A DNA stretch of 64,000 nucleotides from Gammaproteobacteria bacterium. Its GTDB lineage: Bacteria > Pseudomonadota > Gammaproteobacteria > Eutrophobiales > Eutrophobiaceae. A program made the translations under genes and the position numbers. The notes under the pieces are model-generated. The model saw nothing but the letters and a program-made list of their open reading frames with translations. It searched no databases and was not told the DNA's origin. This document shows, piece after piece, positions 32,268 through 43,803 of the stretch. The stretch lies in NCBI GenBank assembly GCA_965243205.1, contig CBDEUK010000002.1, positions 608,001 through 672,000 of the forward strand, read 5' to 3'. Each line of letters starts with the position of its first letter. The first letter of the stretch is position 1.

Positions 32268-34703
32268 TTAATGAGTACGAATATTATCTTTTGACTTATT
32301 TGATTTATCATTATCTGCTTGAGTTAAGTCAGCAGATTTCTTATTAGCTTCATCAACTTTAGGCTGATGAGTTAAAGCAATTTCAAAAACTTGATCGATC
32401 CATCTTACAGGACGAATATCCAATCCTTCTTTAATGTTATCTGGTATCTCAGCTAGTTCTCTTTGATTCTCATCAGGAATTAATACGATTTCGATACCAC
32501 CACGTAGTGCCGCTAATAATTTTTCTTTTAAACCACCTATTGGTAACACTTCACCACGCAAGGTGATTTCACCGGTCATAGCAACATTAGCGTGAACCTT
32601 TGTATTCGTCATTGCAGAAACTAATGCAGTGCACATTGCAACACCTGCACTTGGTCCGTCTTTAGGTGTCGCCCCTTCAGGTACATGAATATGGAAGTCA
32701 TGTTCTTGGAAAAACTCTGGAGTCATTCCCATCACTTCACCACGACTACGTACCACAGTCATCGCTGCTTGAATAGACTCCTTCATTACGTCTCCAAGAT
32801 GTCCTGTATGAGTTGCTTTACCCTTACCATCCATAACCGCTGCTTCAATGGTTAAAAGGTCGCCACCAACCTCGGTCCAAGCAAGGCCAGTAACTTGTCC
32901 AATACGATCTTCTTCATCCGCTAAACCAAATCGGTATTTTTTCACACCAATAATGTCATCTAAAGAATCTGCATCCACATCAACTTTATTAATATCTGGA
33001 TCGATTAAGATTTGTTTAACGACCTTACGACAAATCTTCGCTACTTCTCTTTCTAGATTACGTACACCAGCTTCGCGTGTGTAGTAACGAATCAAATCAC
33101 GTATAGCAGATTCTTCAATTGTAATTTCATCTTCTTTAATACCTGTGTTTTCCATTTGCTTAGGCACTAAATACTTTTGGGCAATGTTTACTTTTTCGTC
33201 TTCGGTATAACCAGAAAGGTTAATCACTTCCATACGATCGAGTAACGGTGCAGGAATATTTAAACTATTCGCTGTGGTCACAAACATGACTTCAGATAAA
33301 TCGTAATCGACTTCTAAATAGTGATCGTTAAACGTACTGTTTTGTTCAGGATCTAACACTTCTAATAAAGCTGATGCAGGATCGCCACGAAAATCCATCG
33401 CCATCTTGTCGATTTCATCTAATAAGAATAATGGATTCTTTTTACCCACTTTAGACATGCTTTGTACAATTTTACCGGGCATTGAACCGATATATGTGCG
33501 TCGATGTCCGCGAATTTCGGCTTCGTCACGTACACCACCCAAAGACATGCGTACAAATTCACGATTGGTTGCACGTGCAATAGAGCGTCCTAACGAGGTC
33601 TTACCAACACCTGGAGGTCCAACCAGACATAAAATAGGTCCTTTCATTTTCTTAACACGGTGTTGAACCGCTAAATATTCAAGAATACGCTCCTTAACTT
33701 TTTCAAGACCATAGTGATCAGTATCTAAAACAGATTGAGCCTTCTTTAAATCGCGAGAAACTTTACTGCGTTTTTTCCAAGGGACCGTCACTAACCAATC
33801 GATATAGTTACGCACCACTGTTGCTTCAGCTGACATTGGTGACATCAGTTTTAATTTATTTAATTCAGAAGAAGCTTTTTCTTTGGCTTCTTTTGATAAA
33901 CCCACTTTTTCAATTTTATCCGCTAGTTCATCAATCTCATTAGGCACATCGTCCATTTCACCTAATTCTTTTTGAATGGCTTTCATTTGTTCATTCAAAT
34001 AATACTCGCGTTGACTCTTTTCCATTTGCGATTTAACGCGACCGCGTATACGTTTTTCAACTTGAAGCAAATCAATCTCGCCTTCCATCAATGCAATCAA
34101 GTGCTCAAGACGTTCTTTCACATCGATAATTTCAAGTACTTGTTGTTTCTCTTCGATCTTTGCCGACATATGCGCAACCATACTGTCAGCGAGACGGCTT
34201 GGATCGTCAATACTTGCTAAAGATGAAATAATTTCAGGTGGGACTTTTTTATTGAGCTTAACGTATTGCTCAAACTGATTCATTGCTGAACGAGATAATG
34301 CGTCTAACTCTTTCTCATCAACGTGCGGAGCTTCTAATAATTGAGCTTCAGCTGAAAAATAATCATCCGTTTCTAAAAATTCTGAAATACGTGCTCGTGT
34401 ATTACCTTCTACTAAAACTTTAATAGTGCCATCTGGAAGTTTTAATAATTGTAAAATATTGGAAAGTGTTCCGATCTCATAAAGCTCATCCAATGATGGA
34501 TTATCATCTGCAGCACTTTTTTGTGCGACTAAAAGGATTTGTTTACTGCCTTCCATTGCGACATCAAGGGCTTTAACAGATTTATCACGGCCAACAAATA
34601 ATGGTATGACCATATGGGGGTAGACAACAACATCCCGCAATGGCAAAACAGGGTAACGAGTGGTGTCTGAAGAAACTGAGTCTTGTTGATTCTCTGATTG
34701 CAT
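32268..34703 (-). CDS. lon: Lon protease
   Basis: PVLPLRDVVVYP, GPPGVGKT, PKDGPSAG, GGLKEK. Confidence 0.98.
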   Translation of the reverse strand: MQSENQQDSVSSDTTRYPVLPLRDVVVYPHMVIPLFVGRDKSVKALDVAMEGSKQILLVAQKSAADDNPSLDELYEIGTLSNILQLLKLPDGTIKVLVEGNTRARISEFLETDDYFSAEAQLLEAPHVDEKELDALSRSAMNQFEQYVKLNKKVPPEIISSLASIDDPSRLADSMVAHMSAKIEEKQQVLEIIDVKERLEHLIALMEGEIDLLQVEKRIRGRVKSQMEKSQREYYLNEQMKAIQKELGEMDDVPNEIDELADKIEKVGLSKEAKEKASSELNKLKLMSPMSAEATVVRNYIDWLVTVPWKKRSKVSRDLKKAQSVLDTDHYGLEKVKERILEYLAVQHRVKKMKGPILCLVGPPGVGKTSLGRSIARATNREFVRMSLGGVRDEAEIRGHRRTYIGSMPGKIVQSMSKVGKKNPLFLLDEIDKMAMDFRGDPASALLEVLDPEQNSTFNDHYLEVDYDLSEVMFVTTANSLNIPAPLLDRMEVINLSGYTEDEKVNIAQKYLVPKQMENTGIKEDEITIEESAIRDLIRYYTREAGVRNLEREVAKICRKVVKQILIDPDINKVDVDADSLDDIIGVKKYRFGLADEEDRIGQVTGLAWTEVGGDLLTIEAAVMDGKGKATHTGHLGDVMKESIQAAMTVVRSRGEVMGMTPEFFQEHDFHIHVPEGATPKDGPSAGVAMCTALVSAMTNTKVHANVAMTGEITLRGEVLPIGGLKEKLLAALRGGIEIVLIPDENQRELAEIPDNIKEGLDIRPVRWIDQVFEIALTHQPKVDEANKKSADLTQADNDKSNKSKDNIRTH

Positions 34704-34804
34704 AAATTACTCAACTATTTTTGATTTGAAAGAAAGGACATGCCCTTCAAAAAAGACGACATATTTTTTATGTCTTATTACCAGTCAATAGAAGAGACAA
34801 AAAA

Positions 34805-36091
34805 TTATTCTGAATCAGATGCTGCTTTTGAGATATCTGAACCTTCATAAATCATGAACGGCTTAGATTCACCATTGATTACAGCTTCATCAACCACAAT
34901 TTTTGAAACATTATCCATAGACGGTAAATCATACATGGTGTCTAGTAAGACATTTTCAAGTATGGAGCGCAAGCCTCGAGCACCAGTCTTGCGTTCCATT
35001 GATTTACGGGCGACGGCACGCAGTGCATCTTCGCGGAATTCAATTTCCGAACCTTCCATTTCAAATAGTTTATGGAATTGCTTAGTGATTGCATTTTTTG
35101 GTTCGACTAAAATTTGAATAAGCTGATCTTCATTAAGTTCATTTAATGTTGCTACGACAGGTAAACGACCAACAAACTCTGGAATCAAACCATATTTGAT
35201 CAAATCTTCAGGCTCAACATCACTTAATAATTCCGTTAAGGTACGTTTTTCATTCTTAGTGGATACTTCAGCAGAAAAACCAATTCCGCCTTTTTCAGAA
35301 CGTTCTTGAATAATCTTATCCAACCCAGCAAATGCGCCGCCACAAATGAATAAAATATTACCCGTATTCACTTGTAGAAACTCTTGTTGAGGATGTTTCC
35401 TACCACCTTGAGGCGGAACTGAAGCAACCGTTCCTTCAATTAATTTCAATAAGGCTTGCTGAACACCTTCACCAGAAACATCTCTGGTAATGGATGGGTT
35501 ATCGGATTTACGCGAAATTTTGTCGATTTCATCGATGTAAACAATACCTGTTTGCGCTTTATCCACATCGTAATCGCATTTTTGTAGTAATTTTTGAATG
35601 ATATTTTCAACATCTTCACCGACATAACCTGCTTCAGTAAGCGTTGTGGCATCAGCTATCGTAAAAGGTACATTCAACAACCGCGCTAAGGTTTCAGCTA
35701 ATAATGTTTTACCAGAACCAGTTGGTCCGATAAGCAGCACATTACTTTTAGCCAATTCAATATCATTCTTTTTAGTTTCTTGTTCTAAACGTTTATAGTG
35801 ATTGTAAACCGCAACTGATAAGATTTTTTTAGCGGTTTTTTGACCAATAACATATTCATCAAGAATGTTATTGATTTCATGAGGTGTAGGAAGTGAACTT
35901 GCTTGGCCGGTTGATGTTTTTTCTTGAATTTCTTCACGAATAATATCGTTACATAACTCAACACACTCGTCACAGATAAAAACTGAAGGTCCAGCAATCA
36001 GTTTTCTGACTTCGTGTTGGCTTTTGCCGCAAAAAGAACAGTAAAGTAGACGATCACCGTCACCACTTTTTCCCTGCTTATTATCACTCAT
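34805..36091 (-). CDS. clpX: ClpX ATPase
   Basis: CSFCGK zinc finger, [17 protein letters not shown] loop. Confidence 0.98.
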   Translation of the reverse strand: MSDNKQGKSGDGDRLLYCSFCGKSQHEVRKLIAGPSVFICDECVELCNDIIREEIQEKTSTGQASSLPTPHEINNILDEYVIGQKTAKKILSVAVYNHYKRLEQETKKNDIELAKSNVLLIGPTGSGKTLLAETLARLLNVPFTIADATTLTEAGYVGEDVENIIQKLLQKCDYDVDKAQTGIVYIDEIDKISRKSDNPSITRDVSGEGVQQALLKLIEGTVASVPPQGGRKHPQQEFLQVNTGNILFICGGAFAGLDKIIQERSEKGGIGFSAEVSTKNEKRTLTELLSDVEPEDLIKYGLIPEFVGRLPVVATLNELNEDQLIQILVEPKNAITKQFHKLFEMEGSEIEFREDALRAVARKSMERKTGARGLRSILENVLLDTMYDLPSMDNVSKIVVDEAVINGESKPFMIYEGSDISKAASDSE

Positions 36092-36148
36092 TACTTATTC
36101 ACCTCTTCTATTGGTGTCGCTATAAGCTATTAACTTATTTTTCGGATT

Positions 36149-36796
36149 CTAATCTTCCGATTCTTCTTCAAGTTTAGGAGTTTCTATAGAAGCTCTTTGA
36201 TGTAAAACTTGATCAATTAAACCATAATTTTTAGCTTCATCAGAACTCATAAAATTATCGCGTTCTGTATCTGTTTGGATATTATCAATAGGTTGTCCCG
36301 TATGCTTCGCTAAGATGTCGTTAAGACGTTCTCTTGCTTTTAAAATCTCACGAGCATGAATATCAATGTCACTGGCTTGGCCTTGAAACCCACCTAAAGG
36401 CTGGTGAATCATCACGCGCGAATGTGGCAATGAATAGCGTTTTCCTGCAGCGCCACCAGATAATAACAATGCTCCCATACTGGCTGCTTGACCAATACAC
36501 ATTGTGCTAACATCAGGTTTAATAAACTGCATGGTATCGTAGATGGCTAAGCCTGCGGATACCGAACCGCCCGGTGAGTTGATATAAAGATGGATATCTT
36601 TATCAGGATTTTCTGATTCCAGAAATAACAATTGCGCAACAATTAAATTAGCAACGTTATCTTCAACTGGACCAACGAGAAAAATGACTCGTTCTTTCAG
36701 TAGTCTCGAATAGATATCGTATGAACGCTCCCCACGCGAGGTTTGTTCAACCACCATGGGAACTAAGTTTAGTGCTTCTATATTTTGTTTATTCAT
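36149..36796 (-). CDS. clpP: ClpP protease
   Basis: [20 protein letters not shown]. Confidence 0.98.
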   Translation of the reverse strand: MNKQNIEALNLVPMVVEQTSRGERSYDIYSRLLKERVIFLVGPVEDNVANLIVAQLLFLESENPDKDIHLYINSPGGSVSAGLAIYDTMQFIKPDVSTMCIGQAASMGALLLSGGAAGKRYSLPHSRVMIHQPLGGFQGQASDIDIHAREILKARERLNDILAKHTGQPIDNIQTDTERDNFMSSDEAKNYGLIDQVLHQRASIETPKLEEESED

Positions 36797-36830
36797 TTAG
36801 CTATGCTTATCGGTCGTTAAAGGCATATCT

Positions 36831-38144
36831 TTAGCCAGTCTGCCTGTTATTCATAATCTCGTCAAACGCCATTTTTTTCTTAGAGACGTCAGCCTTATCT
36901 AAAACCCAATTCACAATATCTTCTTCTAAAGCAACCGCTTCCACTTCAGCGAGCCTAGATTTATCCGCATAGTACCAATTAATGACCTGGCTCGGGTCAT
37001 CATAGGATTGCGCTTGTGTCTCGATAATTTGTCTTACTTTCGCTGGATCGGCTTTTAATTCATTTTCTTTGATAATTTCCGATAACAACAATTGTAATGT
37101 AACGCGTTTCTTGGCTTGCTCTTCGTAAGTCGATTTATCCGCCTTATCCAAAGCATCAGCAGGAAACCCTTGTCGTTTCATATTTTCCTTCATTTCATCA
37201 AGCAATCGCTGTGCCTCATTGTCCACTAATACCTGAGGTAAATTGATGCTGTTTGCTTCATACAACACATCCAAAATATTATCACGACTCATCTCTTTAA
37301 TTTTTTGAGATAGTTCACGTTCCATGTTGTTTTTTAACATATTTTTAAAGGCTTCTAAACCACCCTCAGTGATTGCAAAGCGTTTAAAAAACTCATCATC
37401 TAATTCTGGTAATTTGGCCTCTTGAACTTCTTTAACGGTGACTGAGAAAACTACGTCTTTACCGGCCAAGTTCTCTGCTTGATAATCTTCAGGAAAAGTT
37501 AGATCCAAATCTTTCTCATCCCCTTTACTAAGTCCTACCAAACCATCTTCAAAGCCAGCGATTAGTTGGCCACTGCCAAGCTCGATCTTGAAATCTTGAG
37601 CAGTACCGCCATCAAAGGCTTCGCCATCCATTTTTCCTACAAAGTCGATGACTAATGTATCACCTTGCTTTGATTTCCGATCAACTTCATTTAATTCACT
37701 GTTTTGTTTACGCAATACTTCGATCAATTTATCAACATCAGCATCGCCAACCTCCGATTCAGGTTGTTCAACGTTTAGCTTTTCAATTGGGTTAACATTG
37801 ATTTCAGGCATTACTTCAAATGTCGCCGTATATTCAAAACCTTCAGGGGCTTTATCCTCTAATGGATCGATCGTTGGCATTCCAGCAGGACGTATATTTT
37901 CTTTAGTCACGGTCTCTTGGAAAGATGACTGAACTAATTGGCCTATGATCTCCTCACGCACTTGAGCACCGAAACGACCTTGAATAACTTTCATAGGTAC
38001 CTTACCAGGTCGGAAACCCTGAACTTTTGTGGTTTTGGATAAAGACTGCAGGCGCGACTGCACCTTCGGTGATATTTGATCTTCTGGTATTTGAACCGTT
38101 AGCTTGCGACCTAATTCGCCAGTGTTTTCGATTGAAACTTCCAT
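36831..38144 (-). CDS. tig: Trigger factor
   Basis: GFRPGKVP ribosome-binding motif, FKBP domain. Confidence 0.97.
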   Translation of the reverse strand: MEVSIENTGELGRKLTVQIPEDQISPKVQSRLQSLSKTTKVQGFRPGKVPMKVIQGRFGAQVREEIIGQLVQSSFQETVTKENIRPAGMPTIDPLEDKAPEGFEYTATFEVMPEINVNPIEKLNVEQPESEVGDADVDKLIEVLRKQNSELNEVDRKSKQGDTLVIDFVGKMDGEAFDGGTAQDFKIELGSGQLIAGFEDGLVGLSKGDEKDLDLTFPEDYQAENLAGKDVVFSVTVKEVQEAKLPELDDEFFKRFAITEGGLEAFKNMLKNNMERELSQKIKEMSRDNILDVLYEANSINLPQVLVDNEAQRLLDEMKENMKRQGFPADALDKADKSTYEEQAKKRVTLQLLLSEIIKENELKADPAKVRQIIETQAQSYDDPSQVINWYYADKSRLAEVEAVALEEDIVNWVLDKADVSKKKMAFDEIMNNRQTG

Positions 38145-38217
38145 TAAAATTCCTCAAAAATTTGAGCCAAATCAAAGACTCATAATGATTATACGATATT
38201 TTACATGATTTTTAGGT

Positions 38218-38303
<86 letters not shown>

Positions 38304-38431
38304 TTGCTTCTAATGAAATACAACCTGGTAGGGGGCAGGCATTATAATGACCAAATTTAAAAATGTAACTAGCAGATTGAATTCTTTTTATAGATTTTTC
38401 AGGATATTGTTAAAAAGTGGCTCAATAAATA

Positions 38432-38686
38432 TCAGAAACACTGTTCACCGAACTCTTTACAGACTCTGCGACAATTTTCTTTACCTGTCTTGGAATCTTT
38501 TACGCACTTCTGTTCCCATTCAATACAGACCATCATACAACGTTTATCAGATGCATTAAGATTTGAACTATTATCTGCAAGCTTTTGATTTACTTTAATA
38601 CTATATGAGTTAGCCGAATTATCATCAGTCGCATTCACGACACCAGATAGGCCAAATAGAAGAGTTAGAATAATGATATTTTTCAT
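38432..38686 (-). CDS. Small secreted cysteine-rich protein
   Basis: Signal peptide (..VNA), Asn/Ser spacer, KR, then 35 aa with six Cys in two CxxVCxExxxxC units. Confidence 0.75.
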   Translation of the reverse strand: MKNIIILTLLFGLSGVVNATDDNSANSYSIKVNQKLADNSSNLNASDKRCMMVCIEWEQKCVKDSKTGKENCRRVCKEFGEQCF

Positions 38687-38745
38687 ACGATTCTTATGAC
38701 GTCAATCCAAACATAAGGTTTCCCATAATTATGAATTATTACAGG

Positions 38746-39822
38746 CTAGGCGATACTCATAGTATGTTCGGATGCCCAACGTAGTTTGTATACTAATACA
38801 TCGTTGGTGATGCCTCGGATAGAAACTTTATCTGGTGAAACAAATTGTAGCTCTTCGGTCATATTTGCAGCTTGCATCACTTCTTCAGATACATTCACAG
38901 ACATTGCTTCTGCTTTATCACATAAACGCGATGCTAAATTGACGGTTTCACCCAACACAGAATAATCAAGATGGTCTTTCGAACCGATATTTCCAATCAA
39001 TACTGGCCCCATATGAATTCCAACCCCTAATGGTAGAGATACCCCTGCCACAGGAAATGTCATGCCATCTTCTTGATTTTGAACTCTATATACAGCCTCA
39101 ATGATTTGTAAAGAACACAAACAAGCTCGTTCAGCCATATCATCGCCTTCAAAGATAGCCATCAAACCATCGCCACCAAACTTATCAATATATCCCCCAT
39201 ATTGGTGAACAATATCAACTTGCATACCCAAATGGCGACTGATTTTAGAAAATAGCAAATCCAGATCGGTTTCTTGACTGAGACTGGTAAACCCACGTAT
39301 GTCAGTAAACATGACACAAACATTGTGTAATTCAGGTGAAGGCAACAAACCCGTCAAAGCATAAGCTTCGACCATGCGCTGTGTTTTGGCTGAAATATAA
39401 CGATTCAAATAGGTACGAATCTTCTCTACTTCGTTGAAATATCCAACTTTTTCAAGATGAGCATTCAATCGAGCTTTGAGAATAACTGGGCTTACAGGTT
39501 TGCCAATAAAGTCGGTTGCGCCTGCATCGAAAACCTCTTCTAAATTAGAGCCTTCTTCAAGCGAGGTAATAAATATAATGGGGGTAATTTTGAATCGATC
39601 GATATCACGTAGGCGCTTACATAAATCAATTCCACCGAGCCCAGGCATGTTGACGTCTATCAAGAATGCATCGTAATTGCGTTCTAGGGCCATAAACAGG
39701 CATTTTTCACCCCGTTCAGCCTGCTCCACTCTATAACCTTGATCTTCAAGGATTTTCGCAATCACCATCCGTGTCGTGCGATCATCATCAGCTAAGAGGA
39801 CAGTCTTTCTTTTTGTTTGCAT
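38746..39822 (-). CDS. Receiver-class III adenylate cyclase
   Basis: LLADDD receiver; FTDIRGF, DKFGGDG, DYSVLGETVNLASRL. Confidence 0.9.
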   Translation of the reverse strand: MQTKRKTVLLADDDRTTRMVIAKILEDQGYRVEQAERGEKCLFMALERNYDAFLIDVNMPGLGGIDLCKRLRDIDRFKITPIIFITSLEEGSNLEEVFDAGATDFIGKPVSPVILKARLNAHLEKVGYFNEVEKIRTYLNRYISAKTQRMVEAYALTGLLPSPELHNVCVMFTDIRGFTSLSQETDLDLLFSKISRHLGMQVDIVHQYGGYIDKFGGDGLMAIFEGDDMAERACLCSLQIIEAVYRVQNQEDGMTFPVAGVSLPLGVGIHMGPVLIGNIGSKDHLDYSVLGETVNLASRLCDKAEAMSVNVSEEVMQAANMTEELQFVSPDKVSIRGITNDVLVYKLRWASEHTMSIA

Positions 39823-40304
39823 GCCACTTCCTGAAAAAATCGGATTCCCCGATGAATCTAACTTAAAAATTGTTATTAATAGTTACTGTCTTACATTAAC
39901 TTTACATGCTAACTATCTTAAGTGTCAAATAATTAACGCTTAAATTAATGTAAATTATTAAGCACAGATACGGTGGGATTTAGAAGAGCATTCCTTAGCT
40001 GAATTATTATCACGTCGCTATAGAGTGTAATCGATAAACTCAAAAAATATAGTAATAAATACGTATTATTTTAGGAAAAAGGAATAAGTTGTGAACCGGT
40101 TCATAAATCGCAACCATCTTATGGGCAACATGCAATAAATTAAGCTCATAAAGGGATAAGCTATATTATTTATAAAGAAAATTACTTAAGTATTTATTTT
40201 ATAAATACTTTTATACATTATCATTAATCAATATTTATCACTGAACTAATCTAGCAAATTTTCTGATGTTAAAAATATAATTGACGAGCAATATTTAGAG
40301 AAAT

Positions 40305-40592
40305 TTAGTCGCAGGGGTAAGTATACGTCTTATCATAATCTAAACTTCTAAGAGGGTTTGCTGGAACAATAAAAACGCAAACTTGTTTTCCAAAAAAAGA
40401 AGTTTTATAGAAAATTTCTCCATGAACAGTTTCATACGATTCAATTTCAGAACTATCTTTAATATTTATTGATGGTTCCATATACAGTTCAGAAAAATCT
40501 TCTAACTGTTCCTCTTCATATGTAAACCCAAACACTGGAAATAAAATAAATACTAGAATGAGTGTTTTGGCTAAAAACGTATCTGTTTCCAT
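40305..40592 (-). CDS. Small exported hypothetical protein (95 aa)
   Basis: Start trimmed to METDTF (AGGA upstream) because the longer ORF overlaps tRNA-His; signal-like hydrophobic stretch, acidic body. Confidence 0.55.
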   Translation of the reverse strand: METDTFLAKTLILVFILFPVFGFTYEEEQLEDFSELYMEPSINIKDSSEIESYETVHGEIFYKTSFFGKQVCVFIVPANPLRSLDYDKTYTYPCD

Positions 40593-40624
40593 ACATAAAA
40601 TCCTATCCAGTATAAAAAAAGAAT

Positions 40625-40701
40625 TGGGGTGACTGATGGGGCTCGAACCCACGACCACCGGAATCACAATCCGGCGCTCTACCAACTGAGCTACAGTCAC
40701 C
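40625..40701 (-). tRNA. tRNA-His(GTG)
   Basis: Anticodon GTG, encoded G-1 and CCA. Confidence 0.96.
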
Positions 40702-40730
40702 ATAAGATATATCGAATTATACAATAAATA

Positions 40731-40807
40731 TGGCACGCCTGAGAGGACTCGAACCTCTAACCCCCGGCTTAGAAGGCCGGTGCTCTATCCGGTTGAGCTA
40801 CAGGCGC
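40731..40807 (-). tRNA. tRNA-Arg(TCT)
   Basis: Anticodon TCT, CCA. Confidence 0.95.
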
Positions 40808-40842
40808 ATTTGAGTTCTTAACCAGATGGTTATTCTTAGAAT

Positions 40843-40919
40843 TGGTCGGGGTGGAGAGATTCGAACTCCCGACCCACTGCTCCCAAAGCAGTTGCGCTAC
40901 CAGGCTGCGCTACACCCCG
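40843..40919 (-). tRNA. tRNA-Pro(TGG)
   Basis: CGGGGTG start, anticodon TGG, CCA. Confidence 0.96.
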
Positions 40920-41006
40920 AATGTTTACCCCAAATTCCAAGGAGCACGGATAATACGCGTGACTTTTAGAACCGTCAATTTAACAATTAAATTTTTTTAG
41001 AAAAAA

Positions 41007-42395
41007 CTAACTTCTTCTCCAAGTCGTGCCAGAAGCTGAATCCTCAAGCAAAATACCCTGTTCTTGTAAGGTATCACGAATACGATCTGCTTCTGCATAA
41101 TCCTTATTGATTTTAGCTTGTTGTCTTTGCTTGATGAGAGAATCAATGTCTCCATCTGCGAGTTCATTATTAGATGATTTACCAATACTACTTTTTAAAA
41201 ATTCATCTGGAGAAGATTGTAAAATACCCAAAACACCAGCCAAATGTTTCAGTGTACTCGCTAACAAAATTGCTTTATCGCTATTTTTATCTGATTGTCG
41301 ATTCAGCTCTGATGCCAGTTCATGCAATATCGCAACGGCTTTAGGCGTATTAAAATCATCATCCATGACTTCATTAAATTGCTGACAATAATTTTGATCA
41401 GGTTCCATATCAGAAGCTACATCTTTCAAAGCCGTATAAAGACGTGTCAAAGCTGAGCGCGCTTCATCTAAATGGCTCTCAGAATAATTTAACTGACTAC
41501 GATAATGACTGGATAAAATAAAATATCGCACTTCTTCAGGGCGGTAGCGTTCAAGAATTTCACGCACGGTAAAAAAGTTACCAAGTGATTTTGACATCTT
41601 TTCATCATCGACTCGTACAAAGCCGTTATGTATCCAAAAATTAACGTAGGTCTCACCCGTAGCGCCTTCTGATTGAGCGATTTCATTTTCATGATGTGGA
41701 AATTGTAAATCTTGACCGCCGCCATGAATATCGAAATGATTACCTAAGCAACAGGTCGACATCGCTGAACATTCTATATGCCAACCTGGACGCCCTGAAC
41801 CCCACGGCGAATCCCAACTGGGTTCTTCTGGCTTGGCTAATTTCCAAAGCACAAAATCCATTGGGTCATCTTTGGCATCATCTACATCGACTCGTGCACC
41901 CGCTTGAAGCTCTTCAATATTCTTTCCCGATAATTTTCCATAACCATCGAACTTACTTATGTCATAACAGACATCACCATTCTTCGCGACATAGGCATAA
42001 TCCTGTTCGATTAATGTTTGAACCATCGTAATAATCTCATCGATATGTTCCGTTGCCTTCGGTTCTCTATCAGGAGGTTGTACACCTAAGGCAGAAAAAT
42101 CCTCATTCATCGCCTCGATAAAACGTTCAGTAAGCTGTAAGAATTCTTCTCCATTCTCATTGGCTCGTTTGATGATCTTATCGTCGATATCCGTAATATT
42201 TCTAACATAAGTCACGTCATATCCAACCGCACGTAAATATCGCGCGATGATATCAAACACCACAACCACTCTCGCATGCCCCAGATGACAATAGTCATAA
42301 ACCGTCATACCGCAGACATACATTTTTACTTTGCCGGGTTCAATAGGACGAAATTCTTCTTTTTCTCCAGTGAGAGAGTTATGGATTTTCAACAT
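41007..42395 (-). CDS. cysS: Cysteine--tRNA ligase
   Basis: [25 protein letters not shown]. Confidence 0.98.
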   Translation of the reverse strand: MLKIHNSLTGEKEEFRPIEPGKVKMYVCGMTVYDYCHLGHARVVVVFDIIARYLRAVGYDVTYVRNITDIDDKIIKRANENGEEFLQLTERFIEAMNEDFSALGVQPPDREPKATEHIDEIITMVQTLIEQDYAYVAKNGDVCYDISKFDGYGKLSGKNIEELQAGARVDVDDAKDDPMDFVLWKLAKPEEPSWDSPWGSGRPGWHIECSAMSTCCLGNHFDIHGGGQDLQFPHHENEIAQSEGATGETYVNFWIHNGFVRVDDEKMSKSLGNFFTVREILERYRPEEVRYFILSSHYRSQLNYSESHLDEARSALTRLYTALKDVASDMEPDQNYCQQFNEVMDDDFNTPKAVAILHELASELNRQSDKNSDKAILLASTLKHLAGVLGILQSSPDEFLKSSIGKSSNNELADGDIDSLIKQRQQAKINKDYAEADRIRDTLQEQGILLEDSASGTTWRRS

Positions 42396-42550
42396 ATACG
42401 AATTGGATTGTTATAAAAACGGTAAATGGTAACGGAAAGCCTTTGTTGCCACAAAAGTTTTTAATCGATTTGATTAAGATTACTGGCTTGGAGTCATTAG
42501 ACTGTTATTATGTGCGCATTTAAACAGACCATAAGTTATTTGGAGAATTC

Positions 42551-43048
42551 ATGAACGTAAAAATGACAACCTCGATAGGTGACTTCGTATTAGAACTTGA
42601 TGCGGAAAAAGCCCCGATTACCGTAGAAAATTTTATCAACTATGTGAAATCAGGCCATTACGATGGCACTATTTTTCATCGTGTCATTAGTGATTTTATG
42701 ATTCAAGGTGGCGGCATGGACGAAGACATGAAACAGAAAGAAACCAATGCATGTATACAAAACGAAGCCAACAATGGTTTAGAAAATAAAGTGGGTACCA
42801 TTGCTATGGCCAGAACCAGTGCACCTCATTCTGCTAGCTCGCAATTTTTTATTAATACTAAAGATAATGACTTTTTAAATTTCCGCAGTGAATCGCCCGA
42901 TGGTTGGGGTTATTGTGTGTTTGGTAAAGTCACTGAAGGCATGGATATAGTAGAAAAAATTGAAGCAGTTGATACAACGATTCGTAATGGTCATCAAGAT
43001 GTGCCAGCTGAAAATATTGTTATAAGCAAAGCCGAAGTTCTGGATTAA
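42551..43048 (+). CDS. ppiB: Cyclophilin PPIase
   Basis: FHRVI..FMIQGGG, AMART, SQFFIN. Confidence 0.96.
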   Translation: MNVKMTTSIGDFVLELDAEKAPITVENFINYVKSGHYDGTIFHRVISDFMIQGGGMDEDMKQKETNACIQNEANNGLENKVGTIAMARTSAPHSASSQFFINTKDNDFLNFRSESPDGWGYCVFGKVTEGMDIVEKIEAVDTTIRNGHQDVPAENIVISKAEVLD

Positions 43049-43064
43049 TTTTAATCTCTACTTT

Positions 43065-43802
43065 ATGCAAACATTATTTATTTCAGATTTGCATCTCGAC
43101 CAATCTAGATCAGAAAAAGTCGAATTATTTATTAACTTTCTGGAATCATTATCTCCTGATGTAAAACAATTATTTATATTGGGAGATTTATTTGAGTTTT
43201 GGAATGGCGATGATGATCTCAGCGATTGTCATAACTCAATTCTTATGTCTCTAAAAAAATTATCAGGAAAAGATATTCAATTATTTGTGATGCGAGGTAA
43301 TCGAGATTTTTTATTAGGCAAACAATTTGAAAATCTTACGAATGCTCGTCTATTAGATGATCCTACAATAATTGATTTGTTCGGCAAAAAGATTTTAATC
43401 ATGCATGGTGATTTATTATGTACGGACGACTTCAGTTATCAACGATTAAGAAAAATCACTAACAACTTATTATTACAAAAAATCTTTTTATTATTACCTT
43501 TATGGTTACGTAAAAAGATTTCTAACCGTGGTCGAAAAATCAGTCAAACTCAAAATAAAACTAAAACGTTAGAAATAATGGATGTCAATCAATCAACGGT
43601 TGAAGAATATTTAATAGAATATCAAGCGGATGAATTGATTCACGGTCATACACATCGACAAGCTATCCACGAAATAACTTTACTAGAAAAAAAAATAAAA
43701 CGAATTGTTTTAGGAGATTGGTATAACGAAGATTCTGTTCTAGTTTATAGTGATGAATCCATAGGGTTTATGCGAATCAAAGATTACATTCGTCAATATT
43801 AA
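43065..43802 (+). CDS. lpxH: UDP-2,3-diacylglucosamine diphosphatase
   Basis: ISDLHL, GDLFE, GNRD, HGD, HGHTH, LGDW. Confidence 0.95.
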   Translation: MQTLFISDLHLDQSRSEKVELFINFLESLSPDVKQLFILGDLFEFWNGDDDLSDCHNSILMSLKKLSGKDIQLFVMRGNRDFLLGKQFENLTNARLLDDPTIIDLFGKKILIMHGDLLCTDDFSYQRLRKITNNLLLQKIFLLLPLWLRKKISNRGRKISQTQNKTKTLEIMDVNQSTVEEYLIEYQADELIHGHTHRQAIHEITLLEKKIKRIVLGDWYNEDSVLVYSDESIGFMRIKDYIRQY

Positions 43803-43803
43803 A

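Noticed and set aside
31817-37932. Short antisense or out-of-frame ORFs over hupB, lon, clpX and tig (similar ones over fusA, cspA, mtdA, cysS, ileS)
   Set aside because: Shadow ORFs of conserved genes, with no RBS or domain signal.
40593-40736. N-terminal extension of ORF 40305..40736
   Set aside because: It is a translation of the tRNA-His gene; a better start with an RBS lies at 40592.
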